Origin: Gammaproteobacteria bacterium
GTDB lineage: Bacteria > Pseudomonadota > Gammaproteobacteria > Eutrophobiales > Eutrophobiaceae
DNA length: 64,000 bases
Assembly: GCA_026710545.1 (NCBI GenBank)
Contig: JAPOQU010000069.1
Location: 3,791 to 67,790 of the forward strand
Reading direction: 5' to 3'
Below, piece by piece: positions 35,402 through 44,818 of this stretch. Positions within the stretch are counted from its first letter, which is position 1, and each line of letters begins with the position of its first letter. The translations under genes were made by a program, and so were the position numbers. Under the pieces are notes generated by a model. That model was not told the origin of the DNA, did not search any database, and worked only from the letters and a program-made list of their open reading frames with translations.

Positions 35402-36466
35402 CTACAAGGCGTCCTGACCCAGGACCCCGCGCCGGACCTGGTCCTGCTCAATGGACTCGAACAGTGCCTGAAAATTGCCTTCGCCAAATCCGTCATTGCC
35501 CTTGCGCTGGATAATCTCGAAGAAAATCGGCCCGATCACATTCCCGGTGAAGATCTGAAGCAGGATCCCCTGGCCTTCAGTGGGCGCGCCGTCAATCAAT
35601 ATGCGGCGCTGTCTCAGGGCGTCCATGTCTTCGCCATGGCCGGGCAGGCGCCGGTCTACCCCGTCGTAGTAGCTGTCAGGCGTATCCTGGAATACGACGT
35701 CGTGGCCGCGTAAGGCATCCACGGCCGCATAGATGTCATCCGTTGCCAGGGCGATGTGCTGGATGCCCTCACCGCGATATTCACTGAGATACTCCTCGAT
35801 TTGTGATTTGTCGTCGGCAGATTCGTTGATCGGTATTCGAATCTTCCCGCACGGACTGGTCATGGCGCGGCTTTTCAGCCCGGTCAGTTTCCCTTCAATA
35901 TCGAAATACTTCAGTTCGCGGAAGCTGAATAATGTCTCGTAGAACCCGGCCCACTTGTCCATATTGCCGCGCCGGACGTTGTGGGTAAGGTGGTCCACAC
36001 AGGTCAACCCGGTGCGCATGACCGGGTAAACTGTCTCAACCGGGACAAAATCCACGTCGTAGACGTTCCTGTCTCCATAACGGTCGACCAGGTACACGCG
36101 GCTGCCGCCTATTCCCTCAATGGCAGGGATATTCAATTCCATTGGTCCGGGCCTGGTTTCCACACCTTGCGCGCCCAGGTCAAGGGCCCGGGCATAGGCC
36201 CCGGCCGCGTCCCTCACCCGGAATGCGACGGCGCAGATGGACGGTCCGTGCTGCTCGGCAAAGCGCTGTGCAAAACTGTCCGGTTCGGCGTTGATGATAA
36301 AGTTGATATCACCCTGTGAATGTAATGTGACATTCTTACTGCGGTGTTTCGCCGTTGCCGGGAAACCCATTTTTTCAAACAGGTTGCGTAACAAATCCGG
36401 GTCGGGCGCGGTGTATTCGATAAATTCGAAGCCGTCGGTGCCCATGGGGTTGTGAGTGTCAGTCAT
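35402..36466 (-). CDS. hppD: 4-hydroxyphenylpyruvate dioxygenase
   Basis: The true start is ATG 36466 after the SD GAGGTG: MTDTHNPMGTDGFEFIEYTAPDP. The C-terminus GFGEGNFQALFESIEQDQVRRGVL is diagnostic. Confidence 0.95.
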   Translation of the reverse strand: MTDTHNPMGTDGFEFIEYTAPDPDLLRNLFEKMGFPATAKHRSKNVTLHSQGDINFIINAEPDSFAQRFAEQHGPSICAVAFRVRDAAGAYARALDLGAQGVETRPGPMELNIPAIEGIGGSRVYLVDRYGDRNVYDVDFVPVETVYPVMRTGLTCVDHLTHNVRRGNMDKWAGFYETLFSFRELKYFDIEGKLTGLKSRAMTSPCGKIRIPINESADDKSQIEEYLSEYRGEGIQHIALATDDIYAAVDALRGHDVVFQDTPDSYYDGVDRRLPGHGEDMDALRQRRILIDGAPTEGQGILLQIFTGNVIGPIFFEIIQRKGNDGFGEGNFQALFESIEQDQVRRGVLGQDAL

Positions 36467-36480
36467 ATTCACCTCTGTCA

Positions 36481-36524
36481 AATAGTTGCTTACACAACTA
36501 ATATTAGTTGCATAAACAACTATA
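36481..36524 (-). promoter_or_regulatory. two tandem 22-bp sites upstream of hppD (TATAGTTGTTTATGCAACTAAT and TATTAGTTGTGTAAGCAACTAT, read on the minus strand)
   Basis: They share the TAGTT-N8-AACTA core with 7691..7716 and 9915..9940. The distal site also conserves TATAGTT..ATG.AACTAAT. Confidence 0.5.
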
Positions 36525-36660
36525 GTCAACATTTATGTGAGGGCTAAGTAGCTTGACACGGTGTTGGTCATAACTCAGAATTGTTTCAAGGAGACAACAT
36601 ACCAGGGGCAATACGGACAGGACAGGTTGCCAGGATTTTGAAGGATACAGGAAAGGAATA

Positions 36661-36927
36661 ATGTCTGAAATCGATAAAATCAAAGAGGAGATTGGCTGGC
36701 TGAAAGTTGTCTTCGGACTGTTGATTGTCACCGATATTTCCCTGTTGGGATGGATAGCCCGGAACATATTTAACATTCATGTCTTGCATATATTAGCGAC
36801 TGTTATCATAATCGTATTGCTCACGGAGTGGATCATTGTGATTAACCGACGTGTATATAGAAAGCTCGATGATTTGCTGTGTAAATTCGGGGACAGAATT
36901 AATTCTGTCCCCAGCAAGCTGAGTTAA
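36661..36927 (+). CDS. hypothetical small membrane protein (two predicted TM helices)
   Basis: 88-aa ORF in AT-rich DNA with hydrophobic stretches VVFGLLIVTDISLLGWI and VLHILATVIIIVLLTEWIIVI. The 3' end is formed by a repeat hairpin, so the true stop is uncertain. Confidence 0.35.
   Translation: MSEIDKIKEEIGWLKVVFGLLIVTDISLLGWIARNIFNIHVLHILATVIIIVLLTEWIIVINRRVYRKLDDLLCKFGDRINSVPSKLS
36889..36912. repeat. hairpin GGGGACAGAA-TTAA-TTCTGTCCCC
   Basis: Perfect palindrome, read directly. Confidence 0.8.
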
Positions 36928-37130
36928 ATGCTGTCGGGGTGTGCAGAGATCTGATCATGAGAGTTTGGGAGACTTGTAATGGTAATAGGTGAATGGCTGG
37001 TTCTTCTGGCAGCTCTTATATTCACGGTCGGCATGGGCATATTAGTCAGGGATATCCTTAATCATGACAAAAAGCGTCGCTGACAGCTGACTTTTGCCTG
37101 CAAACCGGCGCATCGCAAATACAAACTGCT

Positions 37131-37583
37131 TTGCGACACCGTAAACCCCTGCAACTGGAATCATTCCTGCCCTACCGGTTGTCCCTGCTGTCGAATGCCG
37201 TCAGCGGCGCCATCGCTGCTGTCTATGGGGACAAGTTCGCCATTTCCATGCCGGAGTGGCGCATCATGATGATCCTGGCGGAATACCCGGACGTGTCGGC
37301 CGATGAGGTGTGCCGGCGCACAAAAATTGAAAAGTCCGTGGTCTCCCGCGCCGTGGCGCGGTTACTCAAGCGTCATTTCATCAACCGGGAAATCGATGAA
37401 GATGACAGGCGCCGTTCAATCCTGAGACTTTCCGAAACCGGCTTATCCGTCTATGATGAAGTGATGCCCATAGCCAGGGATTACGAAGCAAAACTGTTGT
37501 CCGGTTTGACCGCTGAAGAGATGGAAACCTTCAACGCCATGATTGACAAACTGCTGGAAAAGGCATCCTGTATTGAATACTGA
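37131..37583 (+). CDS. MarR-family transcriptional regulator (paralogue of 5735..6184)
   Basis: 150-aa ORF (TTG start) with FLPYRLSLLSN..MPEWRIMMILAEYPDVSADEVC..IEKSVVSRAVARLLKRHFINRE..DRRRSILRLSETG, collinear with the other MarR. Confidence 0.85.
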   Translation: MRHRKPLQLESFLPYRLSLLSNAVSGAIAAVYGDKFAISMPEWRIMMILAEYPDVSADEVCRRTKIEKSVVSRAVARLLKRHFINREIDEDDRRRSILRLSETGLSVYDEVMPIARDYEAKLLSGLTAEEMETFNAMIDKLLEKASCIEY

Positions 37584-37599
37584 CAGAGCAATTCCAAAA

Positions 37600-37623
37600 G
37601 GGGACGGAATTAATTCCGTCCCC
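37600..37623. terminator. hairpin GGGGACGGAA-TTAA-TTCCGTCCCC, 17 nt after the MarR stop
   Basis: Perfect palindrome. There is no T-tract, so the terminator role is inferred from position. Confidence 0.5.
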
Positions 37624-37665
37624 CGCCTGCACTGGAGAACAATGCCAGTGGCAACGCCAGTGGAG

Positions 37666-37681
37666 ATTTTACTCTGACCCC
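37666..37681. repeat. solo right arm ATTTTACTCTGACCCC of the GGGGTCAGAG family
   Basis: Identical to 35348..35363. The preceding ~25 nt also resembles the interior of the 35297..35363 element. Confidence 0.7.
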
Positions 37682-37707
37682 ATAAATTTATTAACAGGAG
37701 AACATTG

Positions 37708-38796
37708 ATGGAATTGGCCGTACTCGGCGGCGGACATGGCAGTTATGCCGCCGCCGCGACCCTCACCGAACAAGGTCACCAGGTGCGTTTCTGGCGCCGC
37801 AACAGGGAGGCCTTCGAACCGGTACTGAAATCCAAATCCATTACCGTCCTCGACAGCAAAGGCAGACGGGACGTGGAGATCCACCGGGTTACGACCAACC
37901 TGGCGGAAGCGGTAGACGGCGTTGAATTGATCGTCATTCCCCTGCCGGCGTCGGTCCATGAAGCCCTGGCGCGGGAACTGGCGCCCCACCTGGAAGACGG
38001 CCAGGTCGTCTACCTGCCGCCGGGCACTTTCGGCAGCTACCTGTTTGCCAGGGCCATGCGTGAGGCAGGCAACCAGGCTGACGCCAGCTTTGCGGAAACC
38101 GGCACGCTGCCTTACCTGGCCCGCAAACGCGCGGCTGACCTGGTCGCCATCAGCGGCTATGCCACGCGTCTGCCCAGCGGCGTCTTCCCGGCAAAAAACT
38201 CGCAGCACGCCTTTCCGATACTTGAGCAGGCATACCCGGTCATAGAACGTATCGAAGACGCCCTGAGCGGGGCCCTGATGAATGCCGGACCGATAATTCA
38301 TCCACCATTAATCATGATGAACGCCGGTCCCATGGAGCATTTTGACGAGTGGGACATCCACAACGAAGGCACGCAACCCGCTATCCGGCGCGTCACGGAT
38401 GTACTTGACTCAGAGCGGATTGCCATCCGCGAGGCATTCGGCTATGCCCCGCCCCATTTCCCCCTGGCCGACCATTACAGCCTGGACGGCGATGAGTGGA
38501 TGTACGGCAACGCCGCCCATGAAAGACTGACGGACAGTGCGGACTGGCGCGAATACATCGACCTGATAAACCACCGTTATATGACCGAAGACATGGAACT
38601 GGGACTGGCCCTGCTGGTCTCCTGCGCCGATTACCATGGGCTGGACACACCGGTATCCCGCGGCCTGCTGGCGCTCGGATCGGCGATAACGGGACGGGAT
38701 TTCCGTGAGACGGGTCGCACCCTGGGAAACCTGGGCCTGGCGCACCTGGAGCGTTCAGAGCTGACGGAATTGCTGTATGAAGGTATCCGCAGATGA
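37708..38796 (+). CDS. NAD(P)-dependent octopine/nopaline (opine) dehydrogenase-family protein
   Basis: ATG 37708 follows the SD AGGAG: MELAVLGGGHGSYAAAATLTEQGHQVRFW (Rossmann fold). The rest matches the opine dehydrogenase family layout. Confidence 0.75.
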   Translation: MELAVLGGGHGSYAAAATLTEQGHQVRFWRRNREAFEPVLKSKSITVLDSKGRRDVEIHRVTTNLAEAVDGVELIVIPLPASVHEALARELAPHLEDGQVVYLPPGTFGSYLFARAMREAGNQADASFAETGTLPYLARKRAADLVAISGYATRLPSGVFPAKNSQHAFPILEQAYPVIERIEDALSGALMNAGPIIHPPLIMMNAGPMEHFDEWDIHNEGTQPAIRRVTDVLDSERIAIREAFGYAPPHFPLADHYSLDGDEWMYGNAAHERLTDSADWREYIDLINHRYMTEDMELGLALLVSCADYHGLDTPVSRGLLALGSAITGRDFRETGRTLGNLGLAHLERSELTELLYEGIRR

Positions 38797-38896
38797 CGCA
38801 GATTAGCGCAGATTTCTTATGCCGGAAGGGGGACAGTGATCATGGATGTAAATCTACGATGGCGTTCTTTTTGAGGCTTGGTTCCCGGGGTATTCG

Positions 38897-39877
38897 ATGA
38901 CGGACAGGCACATACTGGCCGTGGGCGCCGGACGCATGGGCAGAGGTATCGCCCACATGTTCTCCTACGCGGGTTACCCGGTTACGCTTCTTGACGTAAA
39001 GGACCGCGACGGAGACGGGTTCGGGCAACTGGTCGAAGCCGCACTGGCTGAAATCGAATCAAATCTCATGTTCCTGTCCGGGCTTGGTCACATTACACAG
39101 GCCCAGGTAAATAAAGTCATCGAACTCATTCAGATCAGACCGCTTGCGAGCGCCGCTGATGAGCTTGCCGCGGCTGATGTCATTATCGAAGCGGTTCCGG
39201 AGACCCGGGAGGCGAAACAGAAGGCGCTCGAACTGACCGGTGAGCATGCCCGGGATGATGCCATCGTGACCTCGACAACCTCTTCAATGGTGGTGACCGA
39301 ACTCGCACAGTGGGTAGCGCGGCCGGATCGTTTCCTGAACACGCATTTTCTCAACCCTGCATACCTTATTCCTCTGGTGGAGGTCAGTCCCTCCCCGGAT
39401 ACCGAGGAAAGCGCGGTAACAGACATCATCGCCCTGTTTGAAGCAATCGGCAAAGTACCGGTAAGGTGTTCGGCCGCGCCGGGCTATATCATCCCGCGCC
39501 TGCAATCCCTGCTGATGGCGGAAGCCTGCCGCATGGTGGAAGAAGGCGTGGCCACGCCGGAAGAACTCGACAAGGCCATCACCCACGGCTTCGGTCCGCG
39601 TTATGCGACCCTGGGGGTTATGGAGTTCATCGACTGGGGCGGCGTCGATATCCTTTACTACGCCGGCCATTACCTGTCCAAGGCGCTGGATTCACCGGGC
39701 CACGCCCCGCCGGAGGAAGTGACAAGAATGATGGAAGACGGACGCAAGGGCATGCGCGAAGGCCGGGGCTATTACGATTTCCGCGATATGGACGTAGAGG
39801 CCTGGCAACAGGAAAAGCTGACGCGCTTCGTCACCTTGCTGGACGGGCTGGGACAGATCCCGCAGCCGGGAGTTTAA
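38897..39877 (+). CDS. 3-hydroxyacyl-CoA dehydrogenase-family protein
   Basis: 326-aa ORF with ILAVGAGRMGRGIAHMFSYAGYPVTLLDV, IIEAVPE and HFLNPAYLIPLVEV. Confidence 0.85.
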   Translation: MTDRHILAVGAGRMGRGIAHMFSYAGYPVTLLDVKDRDGDGFGQLVEAALAEIESNLMFLSGLGHITQAQVNKVIELIQIRPLASAADELAAADVIIEAVPETREAKQKALELTGEHARDDAIVTSTTSSMVVTELAQWVARPDRFLNTHFLNPAYLIPLVEVSPSPDTEESAVTDIIALFEAIGKVPVRCSAAPGYIIPRLQSLLMAEACRMVEEGVATPEELDKAITHGFGPRYATLGVMEFIDWGGVDILYYAGHYLSKALDSPGHAPPEEVTRMMEDGRKGMREGRGYYDFRDMDVEAWQQEKLTRFVTLLDGLGQIPQPGV

Positions 39878-39899
39878 TCGAGGTCGATCAATCATTTTT

Positions 39900-39988
39900 G
39901 GTGCTAGAGTAAAAACACAATCCCTGGCATGCCGGGGACGGATTTTAAATCCGTCCCCATTGTCTCCGTTTGTTTTTACTCCGACCCC
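39900..39988. repeat. composite repeat: imperfect GGGGTCAGAG-family arms (GGTGCTAGAGTAAAAACA / TGTTTTTACTCCGACCCC) enclosing hairpin GGGGACGGATTTTAAATCCGTCCCC (39934..39958)
   Basis: Read directly, between the convergent dehydrogenase and cysC genes. Confidence 0.7.
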
Positions 39989-39993
39989 AAATA

Positions 39994-40614
39994 TTAATCA
40001 ATCCGGATAATTCCCTTATCCTTCATATAGTTGACGATGATATCGACTTCCTCCTCAAGCGTCATCCGGTCGGTATGGAGATGTATCTCCGGGCTTTCCG
40101 GTTCCTCGTAAGGGTCGTCGATCCCGGTAAAGTTCCTGATCTCCCCTGCCCGGGCTTTCCTGTACAAGCCCTTGGGGTCGCGCTGCTCCGCCACATGCAG
40201 GGAACAATCCACGTGGACTTCGATAAAATCGAAGCCCGCATCCTGGTGCAGTTCCCGCACGCGGTCGCGGTCCTCGCGGTAAGGGCTGATAAAGGCGGAC
40301 AGGACCAGCAGACCCGCATCCACAAACAGTTTCGAGATCTCGCCGATACGGCGGATATTCTCCGTCCGGTCCTCCGCGGAGAACCCCAGGTTCCTGTTGA
40401 TACCCATACGGATATTGTCCCCGTCCAGCCGGTAACTCAGTTTGCCGCGTTCGTAAAGGGCTGCCTCAAGCGCGACGGCTATGGTGCTCTTGCCGCTGCC
40501 CGACAAGCCGGTAAACCAGAGCGTCGCGCCTTTCTGCCCCAGAAACCGGTTCCGGTCCTCACGGGTGATGTCTCCTTCATGCCAGTGGACGTTGGTCGCT
40601 TTTTGTTTTGTCAT
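39994..40614 (-). CDS. cysC: adenylylsulfate (APS) kinase
   Basis: The true start is ATG 40614: [50 protein letters not shown]. It also has FISPYREDR. Confidence 0.9.
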   Translation of the reverse strand: MTKQKATNVHWHEGDITREDRNRFLGQKGATLWFTGLSGSGKSTIAVALEAALYERGKLSYRLDGDNIRMGINRNLGFSAEDRTENIRRIGEISKLFVDAGLLVLSAFISPYREDRDRVRELHQDAGFDFIEVHVDCSLHVAEQRDPKGLYRKARAGEIRNFTGIDDPYEEPESPEIHLHTDRMTLEEEVDIIVNYMKDKGIIRID

Positions 40615-40708
40615 ATGTTGGTTCCGTGTTTCACCGTTCCGGTCTGCCGGATAGTTTGAAGTCAGTTTAACATGTAACATAATCCCCAATTGCAGGCAGA
40701 ATAACAGA

Positions 40709-41890
40709 GTGAATAACGACAGAAAACCGGTGGTCATCAGTTACGCGGCCAGCAAGGTGGGCAAACTCGACCAGACACGGTTCGAGCATGAAATCCTGGC
40801 GGACGTGGTCATCGATGCCGTGGGCACTGCCGGACTGGACAAGACTGATATCGGCTCCGCCGTATTTACGGCGCCGACACCTGCCACACGCCAACGGGCT
40901 TTCGCCACGTTCATGGCGAGCCGGTTGGGGTTGCACTGTCAGGGACAGATAGCGGAAGTCAGCAACCTGGGCATTACCGGCGGCTTGGCATTCGAGCAGG
41001 CCTGCGCCGACGTAGCCGGCGGGCGGGCCCGTGTTGCGCTGGCGCTCGGTATTGAGTACAGCAGCGCCGTCGATGCCGCGACCATGATGGAACAGGGAAT
41101 TCGGGCCGCCGGCGACGTGAATTTCCAGACACCCTTCGGCCTGACGCCTATCGCCTGGTACGCTCTGGACGCCGACCGTTACCTGTACGAGACCGGGACC
41201 ACCCGCAGGGACCTGGCCGCGATCGCGGTCAAGAACCGCCAACATGCCATGCTCAATCCCCTGGCCCAGTTCCAGACCCCGCTGACCGTCGCAGACGTCC
41301 TGGAACAACCCACGATCGTTGAGCCGCTGGGGCGTTACGACGTGCCGGCGCGCAGCGACGGCGCTATCTGCCTGGTCGTCACGTCAGAAGTGGTTGCCCG
41401 CGGGCTAGGCAAACCCTTCCTGCGCGTACTGGGACGAGGATTTTCCCATGACGGGCGACACCAGGTGGGATCGTCGCCTCATGACATCACCGATTTTCCC
41501 GCTGCCCGGCAGGCGACGGCGACAGCCCTGGAAGACGCCGCCGTCAGCCTGGAACAGGTTGATGTCGCCGAACTGTATGCCCCCTGCACGATCACGGAAG
41601 CGCTTGTCGTCGAAGCAATCGGGCTGGCGGAAAAAGGCAGGGGAGCGCTTGCCGCGGGCGCCGGCGAGACTGCCATCGGCGGACGTATCCCGGTATGCAC
41701 GTCCGGCGGCTGCCTGTCACGGGGGCATCCGCCCGGACTGACCGCACTGTACGGCATCGCCGAGTTATTCGACCAACTCCTGCACAGGGCAGGCAAACGC
41801 CAGGTTGCCGGCGCCGGACTGGGACTGCACCTGTGCGAACTGGGCAATTACAACGCCGCCCTCGCCCACGTAATGGACGCAGGTAACTGA
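40709..41890 (+). CDS. thiolase-like protein (SCP-x/lipid-transfer-type, DUF35-partnered)
   Basis: 393-aa ORF (GTG start) with a thiolase-fold pattern and C-terminal [24 protein letters not shown]. Confidence 0.75.
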   Translation: MNNDRKPVVISYAASKVGKLDQTRFEHEILADVVIDAVGTAGLDKTDIGSAVFTAPTPATRQRAFATFMASRLGLHCQGQIAEVSNLGITGGLAFEQACADVAGGRARVALALGIEYSSAVDAATMMEQGIRAAGDVNFQTPFGLTPIAWYALDADRYLYETGTTRRDLAAIAVKNRQHAMLNPLAQFQTPLTVADVLEQPTIVEPLGRYDVPARSDGAICLVVTSEVVARGLGKPFLRVLGRGFSHDGRHQVGSSPHDITDFPAARQATATALEDAAVSLEQVDVAELYAPCTITEALVVEAIGLAEKGRGALAAGAGETAIGGRIPVCTSGGCLSRGHPPGLTALYGIAELFDQLLHRAGKRQVAGAGLGLHLCELGNYNAALAHVMDAGN

Positions 41891-41892
41891 CC

Positions 41893-42306
41893 ATGGAAAT
41901 CATCAAAGTCCCGAAACGCCTCTCTATCGTACCGGAATACTCCGCGTTCTCGGACACGTTTCGCCAGGGACTTGCGGCAGGAAAGTTCATGACAACCACC
42001 TGCTCCTCATGCGGTAACATGACGTTTCCCCCGAAACAACACTGCTCGGACTGCTGGTCGGCGGAAATGGAGTGGACCGAACTGTCCGGCAACGGCATCC
42101 TGTACGCCAGAACGACCATCCATGCCGCGGCCACACAGTTCCACGGCGAAGTGCCGTTCAGTGTCGGTATTGTCGACCTGGAGGAAGGGGTAAGGTTGGT
42201 TACAGGTTTGCTCGATGACCCGGTCAGGATCAACAACGATGCTGCAATCAGGCTGGTAATATTGTCATACGAAGACGGGCTGTTGTTCGCGGCAAGACCG
42301 GCGTAA
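41893..42306 (+). CDS. DUF35 Zn-ribbon/OB-fold protein
   Basis: 137-aa ORF with CSSCGNMTFPPKQHCSDCWS, then the OB-fold VPFSVGIVDLEEGVRLV. It starts 2 nt after the thiolase-like gene. Confidence 0.85.
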   Translation: MEIIKVPKRLSIVPEYSAFSDTFRQGLAAGKFMTTTCSSCGNMTFPPKQHCSDCWSAEMEWTELSGNGILYARTTIHAAATQFHGEVPFSVGIVDLEEGVRLVTGLLDDPVRINNDAAIRLVILSYEDGLLFAARPA

Positions 42307-42438
42307 CCGGGCACCTACGGCCAGGATGGCGGGTTGCCCCGGATAGGGAATATATTACATCGCATAATTATTTGCCGGGGAAAAGAGCTAGAATTACGGT
42401 TTGTATATTTTGCCAACGTGGGGGTACTTGTGGATAAA

Positions 42439-44796
42439 ATGCATTTTAAAGCGATAGTAACCAGCCTCTTATTGGCGGCGATTCCTGCCATTTCCGGCGC
42501 CCAGGCGGTGCTTGAAGAGGTCGTGGTGTCCGCCCAGAAACGCGAACAGTCCATCCAGGACGTGCCGATTTCCATCACGGCCATCAGCGGGGAGAATCTA
42601 TCAGCAAATATTGTACAAGACATTTTTGATCTCCGCGCGACTGTCCCCGCGCTTGAGATCAGGGGCATCGATCCACCCAGCCAGGGTGCGGCCTTTGCCA
42701 TCCGCGGCCTGGGGTCTTCGGTTTTTAACATGGGGTTTGAACCTACTGTCGGCACCTTTATTGATGGCGTTTATGTGAGTCGTTCCGGCCTGGTGGCGAG
42801 CAATGACCTGCTTGACCTGGACAGGGTTGAGGTATTAAAAGGCCCGCAAGGCACCCTGTTCGGCAAGAACACTACCGGTGGCGTCGTCCATTTCGTCACG
42901 AATAAACCCTCGTTCGATGAAATGGAGGGCTTTGCTGAAGTTACCTACCAGGAATATGACCAGGTCAGGGTGAGAGGCGTACTTAACGTGCCTGTCCAGG
43001 ACAACTTCGCGGCCCGTGTAGCCGCATCCTGGCATAATGGAGATGGATATCTTGATAACGCAAACGGCAAGGAGATCAATGACCGGGACCGGTTCACGGT
43101 ACGCGGCCAATTGCTGTGGGAACCGAGTGACGATTTGAACATCCGGGTTATTGTCGATTATAGCGAAGTGGACGAAAACTGTTGCTGGGCAGTCAGACAT
43201 ACCAATAATCCGCTAAACCCTTTTGTTAATGCGCCTCTGGCTGCAGCGATCGGTTCCAATCTTATAGACCCTCCTGATGTGGATAACCTCAGAGTAGCCT
43301 CTAACGGCGATCTGGTTTTTGATGCCGAAGACTTCGGCATATCAGGTGAAATAAACTGGAGACTGGGCGATATAACGGTGACATCCATCACCGCTTACAG
43401 GGATTACCAGGATGTGACTATCAAGGACAATGACTTCACCGGTGTGGATATGCTGATTAATACGGATACGCTGCCGGAGGTGAGTATCGTCTCGGAAGAA
43501 TTCCGTATTGCCGGGGTGAGCGAGGACATTGGATTTGCCCGGTCGCTTGACTGGGTTGTCGGATTCTATTATGCCAACGAGCAAATTCAGCGTACCCGGG
43601 AATTTGTCTGGGGGTCACAAATCACCGCATTTCCGTTTTTCGCTCCTGGTTTGTTCGGCAATGTCCCGGGACGTGCGTTCTTCGATGAATTCAGCCAGGA
43701 CGTAGACACCATAGCCGGTTTCGGCCATATCACCATCGACATTAACGATAAACTGTCACTGACAGGCGGCATCCGTTACACCGATGACGATAAGAGCGCC
43801 AGCCACAGGGGCCAGACGGGTATTCCGGCTGCGCCTTTCAATAACTTACCGCTTGCCGTAGTACATGACTTCGATGCGACAAGGGCAGACAGTGAGGCAA
43901 CAGGCACTGCCAGCATTCAATATCATGTGACAGACAATGTGATGGGCTTTTTCACCTATAGCCGCGGTTATAAATCCGGCGGCATCAGCCTGAACAGGGA
44001 TGCTGCAGGTAACGCACTGAGCTTGGGCGACCCAGTCTTGGGGTGCCCTCCTGGAGGCACTCCCGTACCTGCATCTCCATTCTGCGCTTTCCCGCCGGCT
44101 GATCCTACATTCGAACCGGAATTTGCCGACCATTACGAAATCGGTTTCAAAAGTACATTGTTTGACGGCAGGATGCGGTTAAATGCTTCTATGTGGAAAA
44201 CAGATTTTGAAGGCCTGCAACTCCAGACATTAAGAAGGGATGGTTCTTTTCAAGTCATAAATGTCGCAGGAGCAACTTCTCAAGGTGTTGAAGCAGACCT
44301 GAATTTTGCTGCAACTGATTACCTGGATGTCTTTTTCGCCGTACAGTTTCTCGATGCGGATTTTGCTGATGAAGTTCCGGGACTGACACCTGGATTGCCG
44401 GCGCTGGGCGGGCAGGATATTCCTTTCGCTTCCGATATTACCGGAAACCTTGGAGCTAATCTCAGCTTACCAGTCGGTGATAGTGGCTGGGACTTTTTCC
44501 TGAACGGCAACCTGTTTTTCCGGACCGAGTATTTTTCCTTCACGGAACCGGATCCCGCACGCACCCAGAAAGCATATGAATTACTGAGTCTTCGGGGTGG
44601 CGTGAATTCACCTGACGGAAAATGGGAACTCGCTGTGTGGTGCCGTAACTGCACAGATGAAAGGTATAAATACAGTGATTTTGCCATTCCTTTTGACGGT
44701 GCGATACTGGCGTTTCCGGGGACTCCTCTTGGAACTCTCTGGTCACATTACGGTTCACCGAGATTTGTCGGGGTAACCGGCACTTTCCGTTTCTAG
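42439..44796 (+). CDS. TonB-dependent receptor (paralogue of 46259..48667)
   Basis: ATG 42439 gives MHFKAIVTSLLLAAIPAISGAQA, then LEEVVVSAQKREQSIQDVPISITAI. It ends ...VTGTFRF. Confidence 0.85.
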   Translation: MHFKAIVTSLLLAAIPAISGAQAVLEEVVVSAQKREQSIQDVPISITAISGENLSANIVQDIFDLRATVPALEIRGIDPPSQGAAFAIRGLGSSVFNMGFEPTVGTFIDGVYVSRSGLVASNDLLDLDRVEVLKGPQGTLFGKNTTGGVVHFVTNKPSFDEMEGFAEVTYQEYDQVRVRGVLNVPVQDNFAARVAASWHNGDGYLDNANGKEINDRDRFTVRGQLLWEPSDDLNIRVIVDYSEVDENCCWAVRHTNNPLNPFVNAPLAAAIGSNLIDPPDVDNLRVASNGDLVFDAEDFGISGEINWRLGDITVTSITAYRDYQDVTIKDNDFTGVDMLINTDTLPEVSIVSEEFRIAGVSEDIGFARSLDWVVGFYYANEQIQRTREFVWGSQITAFPFFAPGLFGNVPGRAFFDEFSQDVDTIAGFGHITIDINDKLSLTGGIRYTDDDKSASHRGQTGIPAAPFNNLPLAVVHDFDATRADSEATGTASIQYHVTDNVMGFFTYSRGYKSGGISLNRDAAGNALSLGDPVLGCPPGGTPVPASPFCAFPPADPTFEPEFADHYEIGFKSTLFDGRMRLNASMWKTDFEGLQLQTLRRDGSFQVINVAGATSQGVEADLNFAATDYLDVFFAVQFLDADFADEVPGLTPGLPALGGQDIPFASDITGNLGANLSLPVGDSGWDFFLNGNLFFRTEYFSFTEPDPARTQKAYELLSLRGGVNSPDGKWELAVWCRNCTDERYKYSDFAIPFDGAILAFPGTPLGTLWSHYGSPRFVGVTGTFRF

Positions 44797-44818
44797 TCTT
44801 GAAATGGAGTAATTATAT

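Noticed and set aside
40615-40737. N-terminal extensions proposed by the ORF track for cysC, and likewise hppD 36467..36532, maiA 10879..10947, TonB receptor 42334..42438, MFS 52798..52881, AraC 61350..61403 and DUF3604 48691..48747
   Set aside because: The extensions lack family similarity. They overlap upstream genes, operators or a terminator. Internal starts reproduce the canonical family N-termini, often with a Shine-Dalgarno sequence.
42307-42438. Leader regions upstream of the TonB receptors (also 46053..46258 and 34156..34282), checked for cobalamin/TPP riboswitch or Fur-box signatures
   Set aside because: I could not recognise a B12-box, a TPP core motif or a GATAATGATAATCATTATC-like Fur box by eye. 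A covariance-model scan (Rfam/Infernal) would be needed to exclude them properly.
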